Below, piece after piece: positions 35,471-48,212 of a stretch of DNA of 64,000 bases (its first letter is position 1; every line of letters starts with the position of its first letter). The stretch lies in assembly GCF_902713615.1 (NCBI RefSeq), contig NC_052162.1, forward strand, positions 106,605,811 to 106,669,810, written 5' to 3'. Both the position numbers and the translations under genes were made by a program. This DNA is from Scyliorhinus canicula (Eukaryota). Under the pieces are notes generated by a model. That model saw nothing but the letters and a program-made list of their open reading frames with translations. It did no database searches and was not told the DNA's origin.

Positions 35471-36519
35471 AGTAGGTGAAAGTGCGGGTGCTGCATCTGC
35501 TGTGGAAATGATTAACTGATGTTCGTAAAACTTAGGAGCAGGGGTAGACCATTCAGACACTTGAACCTGCTCCACCATTCCAGCTCAACTCCATTTTTTC
35601 CGCCCTGTCCCCATAGCCATTGATTATCATGGACCTTTGTCACAAATATACACAAGACAGTGAGTGAAGAATTTAACCTGGGAAATACACAGAAAAGGTG
35701 CACCAAGTACTCGCTATCACTGCTCACCAATCATATTAACTGAACCTGAACTTTACCACTGTGTCACCACACTGCAAACCTATCATTCTCTGATACATTA
35801 TTCTGAATGTCCTAACTGATCGATTGAGTGAAACAGCCACCGTTTCATTGTAAGAGGAAGTGATTACTTTGTAGATGCTCCACAGTGTTAAAAATTGACA
35901 TATGTGTCTACTCGATCCTGCCGCCTAGTATTTACCTGAAGAGAAAATGACTGAAATACTGAAACAGATAGACAGGCGTTTGAGGAGAATAACGAATTTG
36001 CTGCTCAGAGTAGCTTTAGTTTTTTTTTTAGTAACTGGAGGAAGCCAGCGGTAGTGGGATAAAGATTTATTGAGCTATGGCAGTAACTCTCTCCCAGTTC
36101 AGTCCTTGCTGGAGGACTAACCACAGCTGTCCTGCCTGGACCGGCTTCCATGTGCAACGAGCTCCAGCTGTGTGGTCTGCAACCCTACCTAAGAAGCTCA
36201 TACTCCACGAGTCCCATGGAGAGGTCAACAATTGCTACCCCATGGTGGTCCTCGTTGGGGTTATAAAAGTTTCTATATTACAAAAATAATTTGGGACTGC
36301 AGTAGATGCAGGAAGGAAATATAGGAATGTTGCCAAACTGGGGGAATTTGACCTCAAGAAAGATTGAACAGGCTCTAAATATTTTCCTGGAAAACATAAG
36401 AAAATTATTAAAATTATAAAAGGGGTTGGCAAGGTAGACAAGTGGAAGATATTTCCACTTACAGACACGATTAAACATGTAGTAATAAATAAATCTAATG
36501 TGCAGACCCAGAGCAACCT

Positions 36520-37080
36520 GAACAGAAATTAAAGCAGGAAATACTCAGCATATCTGTGGATGGAGAAATAAAGTCCATGTTTCAGGTCTGTACAAGGATG
36601 CAGTGCAGTTCTGATGGGGCTGGTTTAGCTCAGTAGGCTAGACAGCTAGTTTGAGATGCAGAGCAAGGCCAGCAGCGCGTTCCAGCTGAGAATTCTGCAT
36701 TTTCCCTTTGTGTACCCTAACAGGCGACGGAATGTGGCGACTAGGGGCTTTTCACAGTAACTTCATTGCAGTGTTTTTTTAAATAAATTTAGATTACCCA
36801 ATTATTTTTTCCAATTAAGGGGCAATTTAGCATGGCCAATCCACCTACTCTGCACATTTTTGGGTTGTGGGGGCGAAACCCACGCAGACACGGGGAGAAT
36901 GTGCAAACTCCACACGAACAGTGACCCAGAGCCGGGACTTCATTGCAGTGTTAATGTAAGCATACTTGTGATAATAAAGATTATTTATTTTATGAAAGGT
37001 CATGAAACTGAAATGTGAACTCTTATATGATACCAGATATCTTGAGTATTTCTGGAATTTTCAGTTTTTATTTCAGATTA
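36520..37080. mobile_element. Degenerate palindromic Penelope-like terminal pair with nested SINEs (36615-36990)
   Basis: aggaaatactcag.../...tgagtatttctgg arms; ctgatg|..|atgaaaggtca core split by a SINE. Confidence 0.55.
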
Positions 37081-37402
37081 CCACCACTTTGCTTTCTTTT
37101 AATTGGAGAGCACTGAGAATGTGAAATTCCTATCAGGCGGATTTGGGATTTGCATCTGACCTGGAAACTTCCCACTCACCTGTAGAAATATAGAAACCTG
37201 TTTGAAGACATGCCAGAGACAGACTGGTCTAATAATGTCATCAAATTGCACAGCACTACAAGAGGGCTTTCCAGCCATCAGATCTATTCAAACTCCGAGC
37301 GAGCAGATGAATCTCAATTAATTTTTTTCTCCATTAACGCAATTATTCTCCTTTTCAAGTCATTGCCAAGTTCCCATTTGAAGGAGTTTCTGCAGAAACC
37401 AT

Positions 37403-38145
37403 TGTGACAATTGGAAGACTTTAAGAAATTGGATTATAAATGTAGTGAGAAATTTAAGGGTTAAAGGCCTGGAGCTAATGTGTTTGATTGGGGAAATACC
37501 GAGAGAGTTAATGATTTGCGGCCTGCAGTGATACTGGGTTCTTTCAACTTGAGGAGGTAAGGTCAGTGCTAGGTGAAGTTCAAAGAGACACGCAAGCCAT
37601 TTTGAAAGCATCAGAAGTTTGTGTTTTGGGAGCAAATTGAAAGAAAGTAAGTTCTGATCTGGCAATCCTTGTGTGATCACGATAGAGGCAGTTTTCTTTC
37701 CCAGTGAGAAAGCTTAAAACGTGATAATATTTAAAAGCAGAACAAGGAAAAGTTTAAAACAACCCAGCTGAAGCAGCCATTTGAAAACATTCAGATAGAG
37801 TCTGGAGAGATTCTTACATGAGCCAGGATCTGTTTTGGAATGCAAGTATCACTTTCGGCCTTACTGTTTAAACTGGATTGAGAACTGTATGTTTATTGTT
37901 GTTTAATGCAAAATGGAGAAGCAGTTTTCGGGTGTGATTATAAACTGTTTGTTTTGTGTTTGAAGTTAAAAGCAGTTCAATATTATGATTCATAGTAAAA
38001 TTTTGTTTTAAAAATAACCAAGCCATATTTTTTCATGCAATCATTCCTGGAGTGAATCATTCTTTGCACAGTCTTACAAAACAAAATATCGGAGTTTTGA
38101 TCCAGTATCCTAACTACTGTTGGGGTCTGGTCGGGGATCGTAATA
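37403..38145 (+). mobile_element. Probable solo LTR
   Basis: TGTGAC...CGTAATA ends; flanks CCAT/CCAA (imperfect 4-bp TSD). Confidence 0.5.
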
Positions 38146-38775
38146 CCAAGCAGTTTGCTTTCATGAACAAATTTTCCCTGGCTCAGATGACAGGAAGAAT
38201 TGAACTTGGGTTATCTATACCGATATAAACATCATTTATTTAGGGAATTGATTTCACATCAAATTTACAAAAGTGTGATCACCATGTCCTCACTGTTTCC
38301 TATGAGGTTGTCTCAATCTTAGTTACAAATAACTTGCAGGTGAAAAAAATAGGAGGATCCAAACATCATGCTCTAGTTGGTCATGGGTTTGGCAGGTTAC
38401 CAAGATTTTGGGAGGGGGGAACGGTGGTTAGAAAGGTGGCAGATTTGCCAGGACATCGGGGAGAAGCATGTGCCAGTGAAAGGGAGGGTAACAGCAGAGG
38501 CAGCTGACCTGATTGTCTCAATCTTAGTGTCAAAGAAGCTCCATCAGTGACTACACTTGGAGGTGAGGATGAAGAAAATGGGGAGAGGAAGAGCCCTTCA
38601 AAGGAGCTGAATTGTATTAGATATTTTCAAAAAAACAAATGTTAAGCTGATTTATTTGACATTTTTCCAGAACATTTAAAAAAAACTTATTTTAAGCTGG
38701 AGATTAACATCTACAGAAAAAGACCTCAATGAACATGGGTCAACTCTGGATGTGATTAACAGAAAAATCAAATCA

Positions 38776-39814
38776 CTAATTTGTTGTGAATGCGGGTGTG
38801 CAGAAGGTGGGATGATTTAATCAAACTTTCCCCAGTTGTTTCAGGTGAATGCCCTTTCCTCAGTGAGAGAGCACTGGTGTGGAGAGAGGGGAGATGATTC
38901 CTTTCATCCAGTCCCACAAAGAGTGAGATGAACAGCGGCAGCACGGTAGCATTGTGGATAGCACAATTGCTCCACAGCTCCAGGGTCCCAGGTTCGATTC
39001 CGGCTTGGGTCACTGTCTGTGCGGAGTCTGCACATCCTCCCCGTGTGTGCGTGGGTTCCTCCGGGTGCTCCGGTTTCCTCCCACAGTCCAAAGTTGTGCA
39101 GGTTAGGTGGATTGGCCATGATAAATTGCCCTTAGTATCCAAAATTGCGCTTAGTGTTGGGTGGGGTTACTGTGTGATGGGGATAGGGTAGACGTGTTGA
39201 CCTTGGGTAGGGTGCTCTTTCCAAGAGCCGGTTCGACTCGATGGGCCGAATGGCCTCCTTCTGCACTGTAAATTCTATGATCTATGAACGATCTCTCATC
39301 AGCGTGAACACATTGATGGTGCATCAGTTCCTGGGAACTTTTAGAGCACTTCTCACAGTGTGGACATTTGAAAAGTCTCTTGTCACTCTGAACTCTTTGC
39401 ACACTCAGGTTGGATGAATAAATAGATCCCTTCCTACACTTGGGAGCAGGTGAGCGGCCATTCTGAAGGGTGAACCCGCTGGTGTTTTAGCAGGTGGAAT
39501 GTCTGAATGAATCCCTTCCTCACTCTGAGCAGGCATGTGGCCTCTCTACACTGTTACTGCGCCATGAATTTCCAGCTTTGATGGGGGAATTAATCGTTTC
39601 CCACAATCCCATTTCTACAGCTACTGCATGTTGTGAATGCTTTTATGTTTTGACAGGGCTGATGATTGGTTGAAGCCTCGCCAATACACATGTGTACTGT
39701 TTCTCCCGGCTGTGAACGCTGCATTTTCCTTCCATTTTCAACATCCAATGGTATTCCGGTTCAACACATTGGGCAATTCATTCATGTTGATGTTTGAACC
39801 CTCCCTTTCTAATA
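38776..39814 (-). pseudogene. C2H2 zinc-finger pseudogene (terminal exon), disrupted by stops, frameshifts and an HE1 SINE (38935-39285)
   Basis: MEG start at 39735, [23 protein letters not shown] finger, acceptor before 39814; homologous to the 44-45 kb gene. Confidence 0.85.
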
Positions 39815-40884
39815 CTGTGAGAAATTGAATTAAAACAGAAAAAAGTGAGTGAGAAAGAACCCAGAAAAACACAAAAGCAGCTTGTGAAATTGAGCTGAAT
39901 GAATCTAGTAATTTGTGGGGCCAGCACTAGGAAAATGTGACCATGAAAGCTGTTGAATTATTGTGAAAACCAAACTGGTTCAGTAATGACCATCAATGAA
40001 CAGCATCTGCCTTCTAGTCTGGGGCCACACAAGATTTTGAATTATAGGAAGGAGAGACAATGAGAGAGGGGACATGGGGAGTGGTGGTGGGATTATGGAG
40101 AAATGAGAGTACAGAGTGACAGAGATATCAGGAGTGGAAAGTAGGAATGACGTAAGGGACAGAGATTTTAGATGTCAAGATCTCAACAATAAATTTGACA
40201 GAGCCGCCCAAGTCCTCAATCTTCCCACTTGGAAGGAACAACACGTTCATGTTCTCGTCCAAGTCACACACACTGTCTTGACTTATATATCTGGAAATGG
40301 ATCAGTAGAAAATTCCTCCCTTCTACAACCTCCACTTAGAGCCAGCATTGTCATTGCATTCCCTTGGAACAGTTTCACGTTGAACCAAACTGTTCGCAGC
40401 AAGGACAAAATATCTTACCCCAATATAATTATCCAACCACATATCCACATCATCACCAAAACTGCCTATTACCACTCAGTAACATCGCTCAAATCAACCC
40501 AAGTCTCAGCTCATCTGCTACTGAAACTCATCCATCCATGTTTACCTCCAGACTTAACTATTCTAGTGCACTCCTGGCTGACCTCCCAAATTCAACCACC
40601 CTGTAATCTTGAGGTCATCCAAAACTCGGCAGCAGAGTGTTTACTCACACCAAGTCTTGTTCACCCATCACGGATCTACAAAGGCTCTGGGTTAAGGAGC
40701 ACCTGAATCTTAAATACCTTATGCATCTCTTAAAATCCCTATATTTGTAATTCCCCTTCCAATATTTCTCCCTCTAAATTCCCACCTCCCGCAGTTTTTT
40801 TCCACCCCTGCAAACTCCCTGCCCTCGTGCTCAGACTCCTGTTTTATTATCCTTCTCCTCCCCCCCACCCAAAAAAAATTCCCA

Positions 40885-41132
40885 CCGATTGAAAGATGTA
40901 AACACAATGGAAGTAGTTCAGAGGTTTACCACACTATTACCTGGAATGAGCGAGTTGTCTACTGAAGAATGTTTGGACAGGTTAGATTTGTATCCGCTGC
41001 AGTTTAGAAGAGTAAGAGATGACTTGATCAAAACCTTTAAGATCCTGAAGGTTTGTAACAGGTTAAATGTGGAGAGGGCATTTCTTCTTGTCGGAGAATC
41101 CAGAATGAGGGGTCACTGTTTAAAAATAAGGA
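40885..41132 (+). mobile_element. CR1 3' fragment
   Basis: MEVVQRFTTLLPGM..DLIKTFKILK. Confidence 0.75.
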
Positions 41133-41207
41133 ATCATAGAAATTACAGAGCAGGAGGTCATTCGGCCCATCGAGTCTGCACCGGCCCTTGGAAAGAGCAC
41201 CCTGCTT

Positions 41208-42680
41208 TATATTTTTTGGGAATGTTTTTTATTGAGTTTTCATATTTTATATCCAACAAATTACAAATTATTAGAAATAAAAACACGCAAAAATTAACAT
41301 GTATATTTACAGGTAAGCATCTTCATAATAACAACTGTGGCCGCCCCTTTAACCGGCATACATATTTTACATTCCCCAATATGGCCGAGGCACATGTTTG
41401 TAGGCATTTATTTACAATTTGGTTTTGGGCCTTAGCTTGCCATCAAACTGTCGCTTGCGGCTTTGTCCTTCCTTTTCTTTTGGGATAATTTTTATTCAAG
41501 TTTTCAACAACAAATTTCATCACAACAGAGAAAAACAGTAACCCCTCCCCTCCAATACAAAAACAATAAATTAACAAGAAAAAGAAATAAGCGTAAAACC
41601 ATGAGAACAAACCCCCATAAGGAACCCGTAGCCCACCCCCCCCGGCTACCTTCCCCCGATTCCCGTCCATTTTCCCTTGATTCTTGGCCACCCGACTATT
41701 CTTCCTCTTGTTCGTTGGCCACAAACAGATCCCGGAACAATTGCATGAATGGCTCCCACGTTCTGTGGAAGCCGTCGTCTGACCCTTGGATGGCGAATTT
41801 GATTTTCTCCATTTGGAGAGATTCCGAGAGGTCGGACAGCCAGTCTGCAGCTCTGGGTGGTGCTGCTGACCGCCAGCCAAACAGGATTCTACGGCGGGCG
41901 ATCAGGGAGGCAAAGGCAAGGGCGTCCGCCCTCCTCCCCAGGAATAGATCTGGCTGGTCTGAAACCCCGAAGACCGCCACTATCGGGCATGGCTCCACCC
42001 TCACCCCCACCACTTTGGACATAGCCTCGAAGAAGGCTGTCCAGTACTCCACAAGTCTGGGGCAAGACCAGAACATGTGGGCGTGGTTGGCCAGACCTCT
42101 TTGGCACCGTTCACATCTGTCCTCCACCTCCGGGAAGAACCTACTCATAAGTTTTCTTGTTAAGTGGGCTCTATGTACCACTTTTAGTTGTGTCAGGCTG
42201 AGCCTTGCGCACTTGGAGGTGGAATTGACCCTATGCAGTGCTCCTATCTCAATCCCCAGGTCATCCTCCCATTTCTTTCTTGTTGTGTCCAGTACGGTGT
42301 CGTCCCTTTCTACCATTCGGTCATACATGTCGCTACAGTTCCCTTTCTCTAGGATACTTGTGTCCAGTAGGTCTTCCAGTAGTGTCTGTCGTGGCGGTTG
42401 TGGGTACATCCTTATCTCCTTTCGTAAGAAGTTTTTGAGCTGCAGGTACCATAGCTCGTTCCCCCTGGCTAGCCGAAATTTCTCTGTCAGTTCGTCCAGT
42501 GTTGCGATTCTGCCCTCCGTGTATAGGTCCCTGACTGTCAGTGTCCCTCCGTCCTGCCTGTCAGTGCTGGTGTGAACATATGGTTGTTGCAGATGGGAGC
42601 CTTGTCCGACATTTTGGTCAGGCCAAATTGCTGCCGCAGTTGGTTCCAGGATTGGAGGGTGGCTGTCACCACTGGGCTGC
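41208..42680 (-). mobile_element. L1/Tx1-like LINE inserted into an HE1 SINE (41133-41207 + 42681-42933)
   Basis: CARLSLTQLKVVHRAH..CERC..HMFWSCP; TSD AAGAGCACCCTRCTT (41193-41207, 42681-42695). Confidence 0.9.
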
Positions 42681-42961
42681 AAGAGCACCCTACTTAACCC
42701 ACGACTACACACTATCCCGTAACCCAACCGAACCGTTTTTTTGGACACTAAGGAAAATTTAGCACGGCCAATCCACCTAACCTGCTCATCTTTGGGGGAA
42801 ACCGCAGCACCCGGAGGAAACCGACGCAAACCCGTGTAGACTCCGCACAGACAGTAACCCAAGCCGGGAATCAAACCTGGGACCCTGGAGTTGTGAAGCA
42901 ACTGTGCTGACCTCTGTGCTACCATGCTGCCCTAATCGTTCATTTAAGACCAAAATAAGGA

Positions 42962-43398
42962 GAATTTAATAATAATCTTTATTGTCACAAGGAGACTTAC
43001 ATTAACGCTGCAATGAAGTGGGCGGCATGTGGCGCAGTGGTTAGCAGTGGGTCTGCGGCGCTGAGGACCCGGGTTCGAATCCCAGCCCTGGGTCACAGTC
43101 CGTTTGGGGTTTGTACATTCTCCCCATGTCTGCATGGGTTTCACCCCCACAACCCAAAGATGGGCAGGGTAGGCAGTTTGGCCATGCTAAATTGCCCCTT
43201 AATTGGAAAAAATAATTGGGTTTTAAAAAAAGACATGGAAAAAAAACAACTGCAATGATGTTACTGTGAAAAGCCCCTAGTCGCCACATTCCGACGCTTG
43301 TTTGGGTACACAGAGGGAGAATTCGGAATGTCCAAATTACCTGACAGCTTTTGGGACTTGTGGGAGGAAACCCACGCAGACATGGGCAGAACATGCAG
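42962..43398 (-). mobile_element. Composite SINE with nested short V-SINE (43019-43228, +)
   Basis: Same tail as 12095-12401; duplicated CTGCAATGA flanking the nested copy. Confidence 0.75.
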
Positions 43399-43988
43399 AC
43401 TCCACACAGTGACCCAAGCTTTTTCTCAGAGAGGGTGGTGAATATTTGGAACTCTTCTCCTCAAAAGACATGTGAAGGAGAGTCTTTAAATATTTTGAAG
43501 GCTGAGGTGGATACATTTCTGTTAAGCAGGGAGGCAGGAATGTGGAGTTGGGATTCAATCAGATCAGCCAGGATCTTATTGAATGGAGGAGCAGCTTGTT
43601 GGGCCGAGTGTCCTACTCTTGTTCCCAATTCAGATGTAACTTGGGTTGAAGATATTAAAAAGAATTAGCACACTCTGTGAATAACACAAAGCTAATTTAT
43701 TTCACTGTAATCCACAATATGAACCAGTGTCATTGGACTAGAGTCCATTACCATCAGCAGAAACATACCCCAATGAGAATAGACCAGACTTGAGTGTGAT
43801 TAATACAAAATCGATAGATTTACAATCAGTTGTGAATCCGCTGTTCTGACAGCAGCTATGAGAAATCAATGAATGTCTTCCCACATTCAGAGCAGGTAAA
43901 CAATCTCCCCCAGTGTGTAGTTGCTCATGTGCAGTGAGCTGAGATAATCGACTGAACCCTGTCCCACAGTGAGAGCACTGGAAAGGTG

Positions 43989-45200
43989 TCACTCGTCAGT
44001 GTGAATACGTTGATGGGACATCAAGTCCTGGGACTTCTTATAGCACTTCCCACAATTGAGGCATTTAAAAGGTTTCTCATCAGTGTGAACTCTTTGGTGT
44101 ATCTTCAAGTTGAATGACCGAGTGAATCCCTTCCCACATACTGAACAGATAAAGGGTCTCTCCCCTGTGTGAATTCGCTCGTGTGCAGTGAGTTGAGATG
44201 AACGCTTGAACCCAGTCCCACAGTGAGAGCACACAAACGGTCTCTCATCACTGTGAACATGTTTATGGGATGTCAGTTCCTGGAAACTTTTATAACACTT
44301 CCCACACTCCAGGCATTTAAAAGGGCTCTCCCCAGTGTGAACTCGCTGGTGTACAGTGAGATGAAATGAGTGTCTGAACCCAATCCCACAGTAAGAGCAC
44401 CTAAAAGGTCTCTCGTCAGTGTGAACCCGCTGATGGGACATCAGTTCCCTGGAACATTTATAGCATTTCTCACAGTCTGGGCATTTAAAAGGTCTCTCAT
44501 CGGTGTGAACACGTTGATGGGACATGAGTTCCCTGGAACATTTGTACAACTTCCCACAGTCTGGACATTTAAAAGGTTTCTTATCAGTGTGAACTCGTTG
44601 ATGGGATATCAGGTCCTGAGAACTCTTGAAGCACTTTAAACATTCAGGACATTTAAAAGGTCTCTCATCTGTGTGAACTCGCTGATGTTTCAGCAATGTA
44701 GATGATCGAATGAATCCCTTCCCACACTGGGAGCAAGTAAACGGTCTCTCTCCAGTGTGAACGCGCTGGTGTATTGTGAGGTCAAATGAACGCTTGAAAC
44801 AAGTGCCACAGTGTGAGCACCTGAACGGTCTCTCACCAGTGTGAACAATTTGGTGTCTCATCAGGGCAGATGAATTAATGAATCCCTTTCCACAATCAGA
44901 GCAGGTGAAGGGTTTCTCCTCAGTGTGACCTCGCTGGTGTGTCATCAGATGGGATGATCGAATAAATCCTTTCCCACACTTGGAACAGGTGAATGGTCTC
45001 TCCCCAGTGTGATTGCGACGATGAATCTTTAGCTCAGATGGACATGTGAATCCCTTGCTACAATCTTCACATTTCCACGGTTTCTCCGCATTGTGACAGC
45101 ATTTATGTTTTGACAGGCCAGATGACTGGCTGAAGCCTCGTCCACACATAGAACACATGTACAGTTTCTCCCCGCTGTGAACGATGCTTTTTCCTTCCAT
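43989..45200 (-). CDS. C2H2 zinc-finger protein, 14 tandem fingers, no KRAB/SCAN (~403 aa)
   Basis: Uninterrupted ORF from ATG 45200 ([12 protein letters not shown]); 14 C2H2 fingers; acceptor tttgacAG before 45307; AATAAA near 43697. Confidence 0.88.
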   Translation of the reverse strand: MEGKSIVHSGEKLYMCSMCGRGFSQSSGLSKHKCCHNAEKPWKCEDCSKGFTCPSELKIHRRNHTGERPFTCSKCGKGFIRSSHLMTHQRGHTEEKPFTCSDCGKGFINSSALMRHQIVHTGERPFRCSHCGTCFKRSFDLTIHQRVHTGERPFTCSQCGKGFIRSSTLLKHQRVHTDERPFKCPECLKCFKSSQDLISHQRVHTDKKPFKCPDCGKLYKCSRELMSHQRVHTDERPFKCPDCEKCYKCSRELMSHQRVHTDERPFRCSYCGIGFRHSFHLTVHQRVHTGESPFKCLECGKCYKSFQELTSHKHVHSDERPFVCSHCGTGFKRSSQLTAHERIHTGERPFICSVCGKGFTRSFNLKIHQRVHTDEKPFKCLNCGKCYKKSQDLMSHQRIHTDE

Positions 45201-46426
45201 GTTCAAAATCCAATGATACTCAGATTACGATGAATTGGGCAACTCTGTCACATCCTCATTGATGTTTAGTTTTAGATTCCGACTGCAAATCCTCCACTTC
45301 TGATACCCTGTCAAATTGATTAAACACAAAAAAAAGGGAGTGAGAGAGAACCAACAAAAATACAAAGGCAGGTTGCAAAATTGCATTGAATGAATCTGGT
45401 AACTCGAGGGTTGGCACTGGGAAAAAGTGACCATGAAAGCTGCTGGATTGTTGTAAAAACCCAACTGGTTCATTGTTCTCTTTCAGGGAAGGGGACCTGA
45501 CACCTGGTCTGGGCATACACAGGTTCCTATCCTCTATAAGAGCAGAGATGGGGAGGGAGAGAGAGAGAGAGAGAGACAGACAGAGTCATCAACAGGGACA
45601 GAAAGACAAAATATGAGGGTGGTTGGGTCAAAGGTGATGGACTAATTTTCAGATTACAACCCTACCAGAACTTTGACGGAATATACCAAATCAAACTCCA
45701 CCACCTAGAAGGATCAGGGTAACAGGTGTATGTGAAAACCGACACCTCCATGTTTCCCTCCAAGTCACACAGCATCTTTATTTATCTGAGATCCAGTACT
45801 GGATGAACAAAGACTTACTCCATTCATTTAAATATTGGGAAGACCGAAGCCATTGTCTTCAGTCTGAGCTACAAACTTCATCCCCTAAACATAGGCTCCT
45901 TTGACAACTGTATGGCACTGAACCAGACTGTTCACAACCGAGGTGAAATATTTCACCACCGCTTGAGCTTCTGGCCATATATGAAATTAAATGAAAATAT
46001 ATCTGTGCCATCTCCAGGAACGGGTTATTTATCTCAGGTACATTGCTCGACTTGGCCATATCACATTTCTGAAACTCTCATGCAGTCCTTAATTAACTGC
46101 AGAGTTGATGATTTGAAAGCCCTTCTGACCGGCCTCTCTATCTACATCCTTGTCCTCTGCACTGAGTCACATTCATTTACCCACCAGAATGTCCTCATTG
46201 ACCTACACAGGCTCCCGGTTAAATAGCAACACAATTTAAAATTCTCATTATATCAGTTGTGCAGTAGGGTCATTTGCTGCTGCTAGACCTGCTGAATTTA
46301 CCCAGTATTTTCCTTTTTCATTTCACTTTTTTATTTCAAACTTTCATCCTTGCTTTCAAATCCCTGATGACGTTGCTCTTCCCCATTTCCAGTTACACAG
46401 GACTCTTATTCCACAGATGCACTTAC

Positions 46427-46519
46427 ATTCAGATTCTGATTAATTGAGTGACTTGTGTCAGGTTTTGATCTGGCATTTGGGTTGAGTTTTCCACCTTTAA
46501 AACCTGACCTTCAAATATC
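46427..46519 (-). other. Probable 5' UTR exon of ZNF gene 2
   Basis: ttttttcAG acceptor and GTAAGT donor; homologous to 20982-21085. Confidence 0.6.
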
Positions 46520-46659
46520 CTGAAAAAAGTCATTAATGTCAGTCCAGAAAAATAAATTGAGAATCGACAAACATTTCTCTTGGTTTGAGTTTCCTGTGTG
46601 TAAATGCTTCCCTCCTAAACCCTTGCAAAAGGAATTTCCAAAATCTGTCAGTGCCAGTC

Positions 46660-47060
46660 CACGATATTCACAGTGTCTCCTGCTGCTGCCTGGAGCACGT
46701 GTGCCTCACTGCGCCCCTGCGCCCCTGCGCCCCGCCCCCCCCCCCCCCCGAAAGATGGCGGCCGTTAACTCGGGCCTCCAATTCAGGAAGTTGCCGCCGT
46801 GGGCCCGTTTGGTTCGAATGCAGCACCGATCGGTTCGTATTTTGATTTAACGGCATCCGCTCGGTGTTTATGAAGCCTTCCCACCCACTCAGCCGCCTCT
46901 ATTACTCTCCGACCATCCGGCCGTTCCTTCTTGATTTTAGAGGTGACATTCCACTTTCCTACCTCTGCTGCGTCCACACCGCGCATGAGCATTTCACAAA
47001 CCATACTGCGCATGCTCAACTCACAATTCACCATTGCGCCTGCGGAGAAGGCAGTCGTGA
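46660..47060 (-). promoter_or_regulatory. CpG island promoter/first exon of ZNF gene 2
   Basis: High CpG; AAGATGGCGGC (YY1), CAGGAAGT (ETS), TGCGCATGC (NRF1), GC boxes. Confidence 0.7.
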
Positions 47061-47067
47061 GGATAGG

Positions 47068-47472
47068 ACAGTAAGAAGTCTTGCAACACCAGGTTCAAGT
47101 CCAACATGTTTGTTTTGAATCACTAGCTTTCGGAGCACTGGTCCTTCCTCAGGTGAATGAAGAGGTAGGTTCCAGAAACACATATACAGACAAAGTCAAA
47201 AATGCAAGAGGATACTTTGAATGCGAGTCTTTGCAGGTAATTAACTTAATTTCCTGAAAAGACTCGCATTCAAAGTATCGTCTTGCATTTTGACTTTGTC
47301 TATATATATATTTCTGGAACCCACGTCTTCATTCACCTGAGGAAGGAGCAGTGCTCCGAAAGCTAGTGATTCAAAACAGACCTGTTGGACTTTAACCCCT
47401 GTTGGACTTTAACCTGGTGTTGTAAGACTTCTTACTGTGCTCATTCCAGTCCAACGCCAGCATCTCCACATT
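47068..47472. mobile_element. Palindromic Penelope-like element with a hammerhead motif on each strand
   Basis: ~175-bp inverted arms centred near 47245; 11-bp TSD GTGAGGATAGG; plus-strand motif 47333-47369, minus-strand motif 47120-47156. Confidence 0.88.
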
Positions 47473-47649
47473 GTGAGGATAGGGCACATTCTGGCTCACC
47501 GCGAATGCTGGGTAACAGTGCAGCCATTTAATGGAGGTAGGTGAAAGAAACAGTTATTGCTGTTGGAGGTGTGGATGGAGGAGACGGGGAGAGGGACAGC
47601 ATTTAAAAAGGATATCTAAAAAGATATTAAAAAGCTTTAATACCAAGCT

Positions 47650-47935
47650 GTTTATTTGAATTTTATCCAGAATCTTATCACTTACAATCGGATTGCAGTT
47701 TATTAACACCAGCAGAAACAGACCCGAATAAACATGGTTCAGTCCTGGTTGTGATTAACAGCAAAATCTAAATTGTCCGTATTGGTGAACTCGCTGGTGT
47801 GTGTTCAGATGGGATGACTGAGTGAGTCCCATTCCACACTTGGAACAGATGAACCGTCTCTCACCACTATGAATTCTCTGGTTTGTGGATGCCTGAGTGA
47901 CTTTCCACTCAGTGGAAGGTGAATAGATTATCGCC
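47650..47935 (-). pseudogene. ZNF pseudogene 3' remnant (last finger plus 3' UTR)
   Basis: QRIHSGERRFICSKCGMGLTQSSHLNTHQRVH; 3' UTR homologous to 12950-13020. Confidence 0.8.
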
Positions 47936-47995
47936 ACTGATGGTGCCGGAGCGTGGCAACCCTCTGCGAGCTCTCTCCCACAAATCCTCTTTCTT

Positions 47996-48212
47996 TTATA
48001 TATATATTTAGAGTATCCAATTATTTTTTGTTCCAATTAAGGGGCAATTTAGCACAGCCAATCCACCTACCCTGCAGATCTTTTGGGTTGTGGGGGTGAG
48101 ACACACGCAGACATGGGGACAATGTGCAAACTCCAAATGGACAGTGACCGAGGGATCCTGGGACCTCGGCGTTGTGTGGCAGCAGTGGTAACCACTGCGC
48201 CACCGAGCTGCC
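47996..48212 (-). mobile_element. Short V-SINE variant
   Basis: Flanked by duplicated ATCCTCTTTCT. Confidence 0.8.

Noticed and set aside
36044-36116. Possible tRNA-His-like relic
   Set aside because: Similarity too weak; no convincing stems
41463-42575. 370-aa plus-strand ORF
   Set aside because: Antisense shadow of L1 ORF2
41696-42925. 409-aa ORF
   Set aside because: Chance fusion of SINE sequence with an L1 ORF2 C-terminus; not a host gene
47941-47960. TGGTGCCG primer-binding-site-like word
   Set aside because: No adjacent LTR and complementarity to a tRNA end does not extend
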